Source: Octopus sinensis (Eukaryota). Taken from it: DNA of 64,000 nt. Position 1 is the stretch's first letter. Every line of letters starts with the position of its first letter. The notes under the pieces were generated by a model, which worked only from the letters and a program-made list of their open reading frames with translations, did not search any database and was not told the DNA's origin. This document shows positions 26,496-39,472 of the stretch, piece after piece. The position numbers and the translations under genes were made by a program. The stretch is from assembly GCF_006345805.1 (NCBI RefSeq), contig NC_043018.1, positions 16,306,001 to 16,370,000 of the forward strand, given 5' to 3'.

Positions 26496-27216
26496 TATTC
26501 GCTACTTAAATGCGGAAGTTGTGTTAGAGCACACGAATAATGCAATATTTGCCAAGAGAGGTAACTCTAATATGATTATATGGCGCAAATAAGCACGCCA
26601 TTGCTGCCCGTCAGCGTCAGACAATCACCGCTCCTTGTAAAGGAACATTTACTTTTAAGTAGTCAATATTTGACCTTTGGGTAATAACACTGCTTTTCGC
26701 CACAGCTACTTATTGTAGGCAAAACAAAATAAAGATGTTAAGAATTAGATGATGCTTGTACCTGAAGCTTTGTAAAGTCAGGAATGGTCGTGTATAAGGG
26801 GCATTTTCCGAAAATGAAGAACTAATCTGATTCACGGATTGGCGAATTATGCGAAGAGGAATATTTCCCTTTTATTATGGACAACTGTGTCCATGTTGAT
26901 GTTTAATAAATAATTCAACAGAAGGAGGGTGAGCTGGCAGAATCGTTACCACGACCCCATTGTTTAGCTGGCATTTGTTTTATGAACCCCGAAAAGATGA
27001 AATGCAAATTTGATCTCAGCGTAATTTGAACTCAGAACGTAGCAACAGATGAATCATCGCTAAGCATTTCGTCCGCCATGCTAATGATTATGCTATATTC
27101 CGCTGAGGTCGACTTTGCCCTTCATCTTTTCGGAGTCGATGAAATAAGTACTAGTTACGCATTGGGGGTAAAAAAATTAGTAATGACTATTATTATTATT
27201 ATTATTATCATTATTA

Positions 27217-27258
<42 letters not shown>

Positions 27259-27274
27259 CATTATTATTATTATT

Positions 27275-27810
27275 GAGTGAGAGAGCAGTGCATGCCATCA
27301 AAGTGACACTGGGGTAAAATATACGAAGCCCAGTATACCCATCATGACTACCCGTCTGATAAGGGTACACCAGGCACATGCATCACAACCATATGTGCGC
27401 GACATGGTGATCTCATAAAAGGACAAACAGCACATGACCTTGCAGGTGGGGCCAGTTAGAATTTTCTTCTGGTTGAGTAGCCCATCCCGCTCAAAAGGTC
27501 CCTGAATAATGGTTGTTAAGGATGTTGAAAGAACCACCCATGTTTCCAGAGATGAATTATTCAAACCCCAAAGAATCCCTCTCAACACATGGCGATGATG
27601 CTCCCCCTCTACTCCTGCTCATTATCAGAGATGCACATATCGTCAGCCACTAAGGGACATGCTCAACTGGTTAAGGTCAAACAACTGACAAGCAAATCTG
27701 TGGTATTGAGCAGAATATTTGCTGTAGCCCATCTTTTATACCAAGACAAAACAACGTACATGATAACAGTTCCAATCAGTTAAGATCAGAAGCCACGAAA
27801 GCCACTGCCT
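27275..27810 (-). mobile_element. ~560-bp (TAA)n-embedded element, slightly 5'-truncated
   Basis: Invariant end (att)n-gagtgagagagcagtgc; the other end stops at gccactgcct. Confidence 0.9.
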
Positions 27811-28332
27811 TATTATTATTTTTATTATTATTTCTACCATGAGAAAAAGGCCTGAGATGCTGGAGAATGAGGCCAGTCGATTATATCGGCCCCTAGTTCT
27901 CAAGTGGTACTTATATTGGCTCCGAAAAGATAAAAAGCCAAGTCAACCGTGGCAGAATTTGATCTTAGAACGTAAAAGCAGAAGATATACTACAAGAACA
28001 TTTCGTGCGGCTTGACAGTTTGTAAAAGAAAACGACCCCCCCCCAAAAAAAAAACAATCAAATTTATTCATGTTTTCATGTGAAGTTGTCATTAAATACA
28101 AACATTGGTATCTCTACGGAGTGCATTGTTAGAGAGGAAACTATTTATTCATGACAAGCGAAGGAAGAGATTTGAAGAATGTGAAGAGTCTTGAAATCTC
28201 GGAAACGTTTTCGAAGAAATTTATAAATCTCTTGAAGAGTCTCTTATAAATATTTACTTCCGCTGTCAATCATTGGCTTAAGAACGCTAAAATCTATAGT
28301 CAACTGGTTTATTAATGTTTTGGTTTCTCTGT

Positions 28333-28726
28333 ACAGGCATGGGCTGCGTTACGGTAACCTCAGGCTACGGTATTTCGCACCTGCGAAAATTATAAAATAC
28401 GACCATTAATTTCGGGAAGCGGTCTATAATTTCGCTCTTACTGATATTTGGATTGCATAGTTAATGTTTTTTTTTGTTTGTTTGCTTTTTTGTCCAGGCA
28501 TCCCCTGCATTACGGTAACCTCAGGCTACGGTATTTCGCACCTGCGAAAATTATAAAATACGACCATTAATTTCGGGAAGCGGTCTATAATTTCGCTCTT
28601 ACTGATATTTGGATTGCATAGTTAATGTTTTTTTTTTGTTAGTTTTCTTTTTTATCCAGGCATCCCCTGCGTTACGGTAACCTCAGGCTACGGTATTTCG
28701 CACTTGCGGAAATTATAAAATACGAC
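28333..28726. repeat. Tandem repeat, ~161 bp x 2.4
   Basis: acggtaacctcaggctacggtatttcgcac starts at 28351, 28512 and 28674. Confidence 0.92.
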
Positions 28727-28983
28727 ACACCAGCATCAGTTGTCAAACGATGTTGGGGGACAAACACAGACACATATACATATACACACACATACATAAA
28801 CATATACATATGCATATATACAACGGGTTTCTTTCAGTTTCCGTCTACCAAATCCACTCACAAGGCTTTGGTCGGCCCGAGGCTAGAGTAGAAGACACTT
28901 GTCCAAGGTGCCACGCAGTGGGACTGAACCCACAACCACGTGGTTGGTAAGCAAGCTACTTACCACACAGCCACTCCTATGCC
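28727..28983 (-). mobile_element. SINE-C, 5' part
   Basis: Head rc ending ccacacagccactcctatgcc. Confidence 0.85.
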
Positions 28984-29816
28984 TATATATATGTATACAA
29001 ACATACATACATGTGTATATTTATACATATATATACATATATATATAATATATATATATATATTTGCATACATAAACACACATATGCATACATATATACA
29101 TACACATACACACACATACACACACAATATATATATATATATATATATACATACATACACACACTCACAACCAACACAAGTAAATGTGTGTAAAATTAAA
29201 CAGGAATTTGAAAGAAGATTCTACAAAACCAGTTTTTAAACATCGAATAGCTATTGTGGGTGGCACCAGAATAAAAATAATAATCAAAAGGATTCCATAG
29301 ATAAAAAATGGTTGAGAACCCTAGGCTAAACAAAGTTAAAGGATTCTTTAGCTGTCGAAGCTATTCTGCTAATCTGACCTTTCAAATGTTTATCACTACA
29401 CGTCATTCCTCGCCCACCATAAGCTTTGACCAGCATATTCTTCAAAAGCACTTTGTTGCTGCTATTTTAAGTTTGGTGCAGGATTCAAGAATGATATCTT
29501 ATCAGGAACTGAATATTGTACAACGAATTTAATTTCAACAAGATCAGCAAAAAAAAAAAAAAAAAAAAAAAAAAGAAGATATTTGTCTGTCTTTGGAACT
29601 AATAATAGATTTCTGCAAAATGCGTTAGTTGTCAAGTAAGGAAGTATAGCGTAAATAGTGTTATGTGTCCAAACTTCTCTCTTTCGAATTGATTGTCTAT
29701 CTATCCGCCAGTCTGACGGCCTTGTTTGTTTGTGCATATGCATACCTAAACATACATACATACATACATACATTTATAAACACACACAATTATATATATA
29801 TATGTATGTATTATAT

Positions 29817-29864
<48 letters not shown>

Positions 29865-29880
29865 TATATATTATATATGA

Positions 29881-29998
29881 TATATATCTTATATTAAACT
29901 TTTTAATACTTTTTGATAGTTATATTTATATTAAGAAAAAAATAAAATAATAAATAAAAAAATAAATAAAAATAAAAATAAAAATAATAATAATAATA

Positions 29999-30045
<47 letters not shown>

Positions 30046-30262
30046 CTTATATTAAACTTTTTAATACTTTTTGATAGTTATATTTATATTAAAGAAAAAA
30101 ATAATAATAATAAAATAAATTAAAAATAAAAATAATAATAATAATAATATATATATATATATGTATATATCTTATATTAAACTTTTTAATACTTTTTGAT
30201 AGTTATATTATATTAAAGAAAAAAATAAAAATAATAAAATAATTAAAAAAATAAAAATAATA

Positions 30263-30298
<36 letters not shown>

Positions 30299-30300
30299 TA
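29881..30300. repeat. AT-only triplicated unit
   Basis: tatatatcttatattaaactttttaatactttttgatagttatat starts at about 29881, 30039 and 30164. Confidence 0.85.
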
Positions 30301-31071
30301 ATTTATAAGTATAAATTAATAATTTTAATAATTTAAAATTTTAACTTTAAATTAAATAATTTAAATTTTGAATTTTATATTTTATATATTTTGTATATTA
30401 TATTAATTTTATTTCTATATATTGGTTTATGTTTTTCAATGTTTGATTTGCCTTATAGTGGTTTTATCTCTAATTTAATTTATATATATGTATATATATG
30501 CAACTGAATACGTATGTTGTATATGTATATGCATGTATGCATATATATACGTATGTATGAACGTATGTAGACATGTATGCATTTATGGATGTATAGTTAG
30601 ATTAACAGACATCACGTCATCGATACATATATGTGTGTATGTGTGTGTGCGTGTGTGTATATATTTATGCGTGTGTGAGTGTGTGTGTTTCTGTCACATC
30701 CCACCGTTCATCGCTTGACAATCGATTTTGGTGCGTTTCAGTCGCCTGGAACTAGTGGTTCGTCTATAGAGACCGATAGACTAAGTGCCACGCTTATAGA
30801 GAATAAATCCTGCGGTCGATTTTTTCGACTAAATACCCTTTCAGGGGATGCTCCAGCCTGGCCGCAGTCAAATGACTGAAACAATTAACAGAATAAGGGA
30901 ATATAAATATTTCGCTTTTGGATTTGGTTTGCAAGATTCTTTATATGAGTTCGTGTGTTGAAGCATATTCTGTTGTGTCTGTGGAGAGTATTTTACCGGT
31001 GAGAGTGTTACATCATAAGGCACAAAAAGAAAATGACTCTCCCCAGACACAACGGAATATAAATATCTAAA

Positions 31072-31166
<95 letters not shown>

Positions 31167-32244
31167 AATATATATATACAAGTATATGTGTACATATTTA
31201 CAATCATATATATATATATGTGTCTACACATATAAATACGTACATGTATGTATGTATGGATATATGTATGAATGCATATATATGTGTGTGTATGTGTATG
31301 TGTGTAAATTGAGACCAACTTACTAAAATATAGAGAACAAAACAGTTTACAAAGCAAAACGAAAGGGGCAATTATCAAATTAAAGAGACAACTTCTTTCG
31401 CTCTCTTGTTCTTCCACATTCTAATTCCACCTAGTGTTTCTTGCCTATACTGGAGCAATGCCAACCTAATTATAACACATCACCACACATCCTCAATTCC
31501 TGAACAATAACAACCACACCCGAAAGTCTTATAAATCACTGCTTGCTTTCTCGGCAGCCAATAGGAATCCTTCTCAGAGCCAAACTATTAATTATCTCCA
31601 ACGTTTTCTTTTAGTTGGAAAAACTAGTTTTTAGTCATTCTTGGTGGTCTCACACACCAACAGACGTGCCATGGTTTCGCGTTAATTTCATTACCATAAT
31701 GAAGGCCATGTGTACGGTCTAAACTTTTAATTTTCCACATCCGCAGACTTTCTAGTTATAATTATCTCCCTTACTGCCGATGCAAAATAAATATTATGTT
31801 ATAAATATATAATGAGAAAATTAAATTTCACGACAATATTGTTGTTATTGTCTCGTCTTCGTGTTCTTTTTGTTGTTGACGTTGTTGCTATGAACGTGAC
31901 GGCCATCAGCGAAACCAGAATTTCCGACGTGTACGATCAAGCACTCATTTTCGATTATTTGAAGTCTAGGCATGCACGCACGCACATACATACATATGTA
32001 TATATATACATATGTACATACATGCATACATATATATATATATACATATATATATATATCTATATCTATATCTATATCTATATATACTCTTTTTACTCTT
32101 TTACTTGTTTCAGTCATTTGACTGCGGCCATGCTGGAGCACCGCCTTTAGTCGAGCAAATCGACCCCGGAACTTATTCTTTGTAAGCCCAGTACTTATTC
32201 TATCGGTCTCTTTTTGCCGAACCGCTAAGTATATATATATATAT

Positions 32245-32482
32245 GATGGATTTTAGAAAAACAAGTAAGTAGTCGATATCCTCCACCTTCATCCCTTACA
32301 AGAACTGGAGACTGTTTTTGCTGAAGAATGGAGAAAAATTCCTTTGGAAACAATTCAAACTTCGTACGAGGCCATACCTCGTAGAATTCAAGCTGTAATT
32401 ACTGTAAAAGGTGGTCCTACCCTATATTAAGATACGCTTGTTTGAAATTTTACGGTGTTTCCATTATTTTGTCCAACCCCTA
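32245..32482 (+). mobile_element. Tc1-type transposase 3' end with right TIR
   Basis: Reads ILEKQVSSRYPPPSSLQELETVFAEEWRKIPLETIQTSYEAIPRRIQAVITVKGGPTLY*, then ..ttccattattttgtccaacccc-TA. Confidence 0.85.
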
Positions 32483-33169
32483 TATGTAGATATGTGATCT
32501 ACTCCTACGCATACAAGAGGGTATATATATATTAGAAATATTTACAGAAGTCAGGGATTGGTGACTAAATTGTTGTTGCTTACAAGTCTTTTACATTTTT
32601 CCCCAATACAAATCTCACTGACGCCTACTTAAATCGATGTTTTGCTTTCCGTTTCTGTTATATTATTTTTTACCATTTTCTTTTCCACCTAATTCCGTCA
32701 AAACATGTTGATTTCGCTCTTTGTTTCGGAATGTGTTTTCTTACCCAACTTCAATGGTTCTCCAATTCCACTTCCACGTTGTATGGAAAAGGAATTGGTA
32801 GGTCGTTTGTAACAAACACCTATTTAGCGTTTCTTAGTCACGTGTTCCTTGTTGCGTCTAGTTACACAATATGATACATGTTAACATAAATATATATGTA
32901 TATCCATGTATATATATATATATATATATATATAGATATAATATATATATATATATATATCGCTAGCCACTACACATTCTATATTTTCTCCCCTTTTTTT
33001 TCTGTGTTCCTTTCTGGGAAGTGCGTAGGCTCGAAACGTTAAATACTTCTTCCCTTCCCGAGCGTTAAACTAATACATTTGTTTGTTCTCTACATAACCT
33101 GCCTTCGTATTTTTTGTGAATTCTATTCCTATGTATATATACATACATGCATTCATATATATATGTATG

Positions 33170-33200
<31 letters not shown>

Positions 33201-33974
33201 AATATATATATACATATACATAGATATGTATATATTTATATGTGCGTGGAAGTATATCTGTGTATATATAGGTATATGTATATATATATATATATATATT
33301 ATGTATGTATGTATATGTGTATATGAATGTCAATCAATCTATCTATACTTCTATCTGCCAATCTATCTTCCTTTCTATCTATCTATCTATCCTTCTCTGT
33401 ATATGCATATATACAAGAGCACGCGCGTGTTTGTGTGTGTGTGTGTGTGTGTGCGTAGTTTTAATTGCAGGTAATCCGTAAAGGCTCAAGGAATACAAAA
33501 GCGAAGCTTGCTACAAATTGAGTAGACAGAATGACGCAAAACGAACGGCTAACTAATCCATTATCTTAGCACAAAAAACACCTACATGGGAAAATTATTT
33601 TATTTGGTAATCCGCAATTCCATTTGTATCCCAAAATATCGAAAAGTATCTTACGATGAATGGGAACTTAAGCGTGGGGTAAACACAATAAATTTCTACT
33701 ATCGGCAGTAGGGCTGGAATATGATAGGTGGGCGCTAGTCGACTATATCGACCTCAGTACGCAACTGGTACTGATTTCATCGACCCCGTAAGGATGAAAA
33801 GTAAAGACGACCTTCGCGCCAAAGCACAATAAATACAGATAGATGGGCGATCTCGTATTGCCACAATCGTTTCAACAGTGGTTTTTATTGATATAAACAG
33901 AAATTGTTTAATGTTACATGACTCCAACCGTATAAAAAACACGTGACCTGTTGATTAATTAATTAATCATCAAC

Positions 33975-34350
33975 GCAGGAGTGGCTGTGTGGTAAGTAGC
34001 TTGTTTACCAACCACATGGTTCCGGGTTCAGTCCTACTGCGTGGCACCTTGGGCAAGTGTCTTCTGCTATAACCTCGGGTCGACCAATGCCTTGTGAGTG
34101 GATTTGGTAGACGGAAACTGAAAGAAGCCCGTCGTATATATGTGTGTCTTTGTCTGTGTCTGTGTTTGTCCCCCTAGCATTGCTTGACAACTGATGCTGG
34201 TGTGTTTATGTCCCCGTTACTTAGCGGTTCGGCAAAAGAGACCGATAGAATAAGTACTGGGCATACAAAAAGAATAAGTCCCGGGGTCGAGTCGCTCGAT
34301 TAAAGGCGGTGCCCCAGCATGGCCGCAGTCAAATGACTGAAACAAGTAAA
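33975..34350 (+). mobile_element. SINE-C full length
   Basis: Intact head, body and tail with a short internal tract. Confidence 0.92.
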
Positions 34351-34574
34351 AAAAAAAAAGAGGTTCTTTGCTGACGATCCTCTGGATGGCAGTTTTTTCA
34401 CTTAGGCATTGCAATATTAATCACCAGGTGTAGAAGTAAATATACGTATGTTTGTTGATGAAGCATTAGTCGAGAAAATAATAAGAGAAAATAATAAGAA
34501 GCATTAGTCGAGAAAGTAACAAGAGAATAAGATGACAAAGGAATAAACAAATATCTTATGAACTGCGTGTCTTG

Positions 34575-34655
34575 AGCTCTGATGAAGCAATAAGGTGTTA
34601 CACAGGCACTTAATTATGAATCCGCTGCATCTTATCGCTGAAACAGCCGTAAGCT
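34575..34655 (+). ncRNA. Type I hammerhead ribozyme motif
   Basis: Stem I AGCT/AGCT; core CTGATGA (34579-85); 12-bp stem II (34586-97 / 34628-39, 1 mismatch, 1 GU); GAAA; stem III AC-AGCC-GT; predicted cleavage after GTA (34651). Confidence 0.8.
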
Positions 34656-34718
34656 AATGAAGTCTATAAAATAATAGGTTGTTTTTTTTTGTCATATCTT
34701 TTTCTTGTTATAAACCGC

Positions 34719-35050
34719 GCAGAATAGTGGCGGGGGTGGGCATCATAGCCATGTGTTGAGAGGAATTCTTGGGGGTTTGGATAATTCCCCTTTAGAAACA
34801 TGGGTGTTATGTTCATCATCCTTAAACAAACATTTTTGAGCGGAATGGGCTACATCACCAGGAGAAAATTCTAACTGGGCCCCCACCTGTAATGTCATGT
34901 GCTGTTTATCTTGATATGAGATCACCATGTCGCGCACATATGGTTGTGATGCATGTGCCTAGTGTACCCTTATCAAACGGGTAGTCATGATGTGTATACT
35001 GGGCTTCGTATATTTGACCCCAGTATCACTTTGATGGCATGCTCTCTCAA
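34719..35050 (+). mobile_element. ~560-bp element, 3' half
   Basis: Ends ..ttgatggcatgctctctca followed by (aat)n. Confidence 0.88.
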
Positions 35051-35075
35051 TCGATCAATAATAATAATAATAATG

Positions 35076-35112
<37 letters not shown>

Positions 35113-35120
35113 TAATAATG

Positions 35121-35562
35121 AGCAAATATAAAGATCTTGAAATAGAAATCAGCAAAATGTGGAACCTGAAGACTAAAACAATACCTGTTGTCATAGGTGC
35201 CCTGGGAATGATAGCAAAAGGGGCTGATTGCTACCAAGATCAGATACCAGGAAACCCCAAAATGGCCGAAATACAAAAGATAGTGCTCATGGAAACTGCT
35301 CATATCCTACGCAAAATACTCTCTATGTAATCTCAAGGTTTAAAACAAACTTTTAAAAATTTTTTATTTAAAATATTTTTTTATTTTATTTTAAAAAAAA
35401 ATTTATTTATTAGACATTCACTAGTACAACACCAAAAAAACCCCCCAATATATGGCACACTAGGCATAACAACAACGTGAACTTCCAACCTTTTGTCTCT
35501 TTAGGTCTCTGGGTGAGACTTGAAGCCAACTTGTACAAACATAAAGCAAAAGTCAAACATAG
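35121..35562 (+). mobile_element. 3' fragment of an R4/Dong-type RLE LINE (family 2) with 3' UTR
   Basis: Reads SKYKDLEIEISKMWNLKTKTIPVVIGALGMIAKG..IQKIVLMETAHILRKILSM* (K..KY..L RLE motif); (AAT)n on both sides. Confidence 0.85.
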
Positions 35563-35587
35563 AATAATAATAATAATAATAATAATA

Positions 35588-35635
<48 letters not shown>

Positions 35636-35642
35636 TAATAAT

Positions 35643-35851
35643 ATATTCAGACAAATACATAACAAAAACACCAGAACTTACAAACACATATAACATACAG
35701 AAAATGCACTACTAGGCACTGCACACATCCTACGCAGAACATTCCATACAATAACCATCAGAGCATCACAACAAATCACAGCACATACCCAAGGACACAG
35801 AGTTGCGCTCGGTAGTGAAGTGAAAAACACGCTATAAAAATAAAACTACTG
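35643..35851 (+). mobile_element. 3' fragment of an R4/Dong-type RLE LINE (family 3)
   Basis: ALLGTAHILRR motif; homologous to the 3' part of 57292-57756; flanked by (AAT)n. Confidence 0.78.
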
Positions 35852-35871
35852 AATAATAATAATAATAATAA

Positions 35872-35924
<53 letters not shown>

Positions 35925-36529
35925 TAAATGATATAGGTAATTGAAATAGATACTATTTTGCTGTCTATTTTCAGTTTCCTCCTGACTATATTAATTTACG
36001 TGACTTGTGATGGCCAGAATAATATAAGAGTTATTGGCCTTTTGGAATTGACGTCTTAGAATGGAAGAAAATACAGCTATGAAATATGACTTAAGTGGAC
36101 GATATATATAGACTTTAATACTGATTATTAGTAAAGTAACAATAAAACAAAAATATTCAAGAGAAGAAAATAGCAATTCGTGACTATAGAAGTCAACAAT
36201 ATGAATGACCGTCCTCTCTGTCTGTCCGTCTGTCTTTCTGCCTTTCTGTCTCTCTATTTATGTATATAAATGTATGCGTCCATCTGTTTATTATGTGTGT
36301 GTGTGTGTATTAATGTTTGTTTTCACGTTAAGTTCTATATGTGGAAAAGTGCATAAAATTAAAGTGAAGAATTAACCAATATTTTGGGGCCGAAGAGTGC
36401 ATCTTAAATTCTACAAAGAAAACGTCGGTATTGACTTCGGAGTTTCGTGTCTGACGATGACGAGCAGGCCGTGGATTCGCAGTCGCTGTCAACATTTTCC
36501 CTTTTCAAAAACTGCTATATGTTATAAAC

Positions 36530-36600
<71 letters not shown>

Positions 36601-36667
36601 GTATGTATGTATGTGTGTGTGGTATATATATATATATATATACACATATCAAACTAAGGTTAAAGAA

Positions 36668-36767
36668 NNNNNNNNNNNNNNNNNNNNNNNNNNNNNNNNN
36701 NNNNNNNNNNNNNNNNNNNNNNNNNNNNNNNNNNNNNNNNNNNNNNNNNNNNNNNNNNNNNNNNNNN
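36668..36767. other. Assembly gap (100 N)
   Basis: Run of n between microsatellites. Confidence 1.
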
Positions 36768-36967
36768 ATGTTATGAATGTATGTATGTTCTTTATGTATG
36801 TATATATATGTATGTAATGTATGTATGAATATATGTATGTATACATGTATATATGTATTTATGTCTGTCTGTATGTATGAATGCATGTATATTTGTATTT
36901 ATTTATGCCTGTATGTATGTATGTATGTATGTATGTATGTATATATGTATGTATATATGTATGTATG

Positions 36968-36998
<31 letters not shown>

Positions 36999-37280
36999 AT
37001 ATGCATGCATGTATGTATATGAATACATTTTAGTTAAGCCGGCTTAATAAGCTATTATTCTTGAGATATCTCAGACTCTGAAATTATCTTCTGCACTCTA
37101 CTTTTGTGTTCAGTAATCCTTTGGGCTGTCATCCAACGACCTGTATACGTGTGTGTTTGTGTGTGTTTATGAGCGTCTCTATGCGTGTGTATATATGCGC
37201 AAATATATATGTGTACATACATACATATATATATTATATGTACCACCACACATACATATATATATATATATGTATACATA

Positions 37281-37334
<54 letters not shown>

Positions 37335-37363
37335 GTGTGTGTTGTGTGTGTGTGTGTGTGTGT

Positions 37364-37675
37364 GTGGAGGCGCAATGGCCCAGTGGTTAGGGCAGCGGAC
37401 TCGCGGTTGTAGGATCGCGGTTTCGATTCCCAGACCAGGCGTTGTGAGTGTTTATTGAACGAAAACATCTAAAAGCTCCACGATGCTTCGGCAGTTGGGG
37501 TGGTGGCGATCCCTGCCGAACTCTTTCACCACAACTTCCTCTCACTCTTTCTTCTGTTGGCCTGCTCGCTTAGCCAGCGGGGTGGCATCATTTCAAGGCT
37601 AAAACAATGCGAAGCGTATTGTGACCAGCGATGTGTAGCAACATCTGATAGCCTGGTCGGTCACGGTGATCACGG

Positions 37676-37679
<4 letters not shown>
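37364..37679 (+). mobile_element. SINE-A, tail variant iii, between (TG)n and (TA)n
   Basis: Homologous to 10233-10547 in the opposite orientation. Confidence 0.9.
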
Positions 37680-37734
<55 letters not shown>

Positions 37735-37876
37735 TATATTATATTAAATTAGAGATAAAACCACTATTAGGCAAATCAACAATGAAAAACTTAAGCCAAT
37801 ACATAAAATTAATTATTTATATTATTTAAATATATATCAAAAATATTAAAAGTTTAACAAAAGATAATGAGTAAAA

Positions 37877-37945
37877 CACTACAATCGTTTTATGGCTGTC
37901 CAATTCGTAATAATTCGAGTTATGGTTACAGTCAATCTTCAGGTA
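37877..37945 (-). ncRNA. Degenerate hammerhead motif (GAAA changed to TAAA)
   Basis: rc reads tac-CTGAAGA-ttgactgt..acagcca-TAAAC-gatt-GTA-gtg. Confidence 0.45.
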
Positions 37946-38267
37946 ATTGAAATATCTAAAATATAATCAGAAATATTTAAACAATATTTTTAAGATATTA
38001 ATAATATAATAATTTTACTTATAATAAACTCTATTATCAAACTAGAAACATAGAACTTAACAATTATGATTATATCAAATTCGACTATAATGTTAAATAT
38101 TAATTTTAATTTATAAGGTAGGAAACCCACCCTTAATCTAATATCGGTATTAGTCTATATCTACTTACATAAAAATTAAAAAATGACTAATATATATAAA
38201 TTATCAATGAAAATATATAAATGTATATAAATATTATAATTAAGATCTAAAATAATCTCTATAAATA

Positions 38268-38417
38268 AATATATATGCACATAATATGATTTTTTCCCTG
38301 TAAGTTTGGATTTATTCCCTAATATTTTACTATATATATATATATATATATATATAGTAAAATATTAGGGAATAAATCCAAACTTACAGGAAAAATCATA
38401 TTATGTGCATATATATT
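38268..38417. repeat. 150-bp near-perfect palindrome centred on (TA)n
   Basis: Arms of about 60 bp differ only by two 1-nt indels in homopolymers. Confidence 0.95.
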
Positions 38418-38473
38418 ATTTATATATATATTATATATAATATATATATATATATATAGATATATATATGTAT

Positions 38474-38524
<51 letters not shown>

Positions 38525-39136
38525 ATATATATAGTATATATGTATATATATAATATATATATATATGTATATATATGCGTGTGTGTGTGTGTATATATCG
38601 CTGCTGATTCAACGACAAGTGTTAAATTTCAGGATCCAATACACAAATGCAGAATATTCCATAATAAATTGTAGCAGCGTATATATTACTACGTTAAGGC
38701 CAAATGTGTGATGCTGGCATATGGACTGATGAAGGGGAAGCCGAAAAGATTTGAGGAAAGGAGCGAGAGGGAGGGAGAAGTGGTGATAACTAGGAGACTA
38801 GAGATGGTTATTATATCATGAGGCTAAATTGTTGAAGGATGAGGTAGAGAAACAATAATAGTGTGACAGGTAATATACGTGTTACATAGGAGTGAAGATT
38901 TTTTTCTCGAAATCATATCTAAAGCTAGTTACAGTACAATATAGGAAATTATCGTTAAAGCTGGAAGAAAATCAGCCTAGAATATATCTCAGACTTAAGC
39001 CTCGAGCATTAGATGTTTTAAGGGAATTCATCTTAAATTGCAGGTTTCAATGCAACAGAATAAAGACGAATGATAATATGAAATCATAATTTGATTTCGA
39101 TTGATATATATACCAAATACTCACCCTGTATTGGTT

Positions 39137-39472
39137 TGGAGAATGGCTCAGTGGTAAGAGCATCGTGCTCGCAATCATGAGGTAGTGTGTTCGATTCTTG
39201 GACCTGTCTGTGTGTTGTGTTCATGAGCAAGACACTTTATTTCACGTTGCTCCTGTTCACTCAACTGTAGAAATTTGCTGTGATGTCACTGGTGCCAAGC
39301 TGTATCGGCCCCTTTGCCTTTCCCTTGGATTACATCGGTGGCATGAAGACGGGAGGCTGGTATGAATGGGAAACTGCTGGTCTTCTATAAACAAACTTGC
39401 CGGGACTTGTGCCTCAGAGGGGAACTTTCTAGGTGCAATCCCACGGTCCTTCATGATCGAAGGGGGTCTTTT
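39137..39472 (+). mobile_element. SINE-D full length
   Basis: tRNA-like head TGGCTCAGTGGTAAGAGC..GTTCGATTC; core TGAGCAAGACACTTTATTTCACGTTGCTCC. Confidence 0.8.

Noticed and set aside
32745-32819. Candidate symmetric phase-1 exon (VCYKRPTNSFSIQRGSGIGEPLKL) on minus
   Set aside because: The acceptor lacks a polypyrimidine tract and the peptide has no cyclase resemblance; the region looks like a retroelement remnant.
38721-38755. CTGATGAAGGGGAAGCCGAAAAG hammerhead-like string
   Set aside because: No stem I partner or valid stem III/cleavage triplet downstream.
39137-39210. tRNA gene (also the heads at 1313, 15735, 37364)
   Set aside because: A/B boxes are present, but they run into repeated SINE bodies and show no complete cloverleaf.
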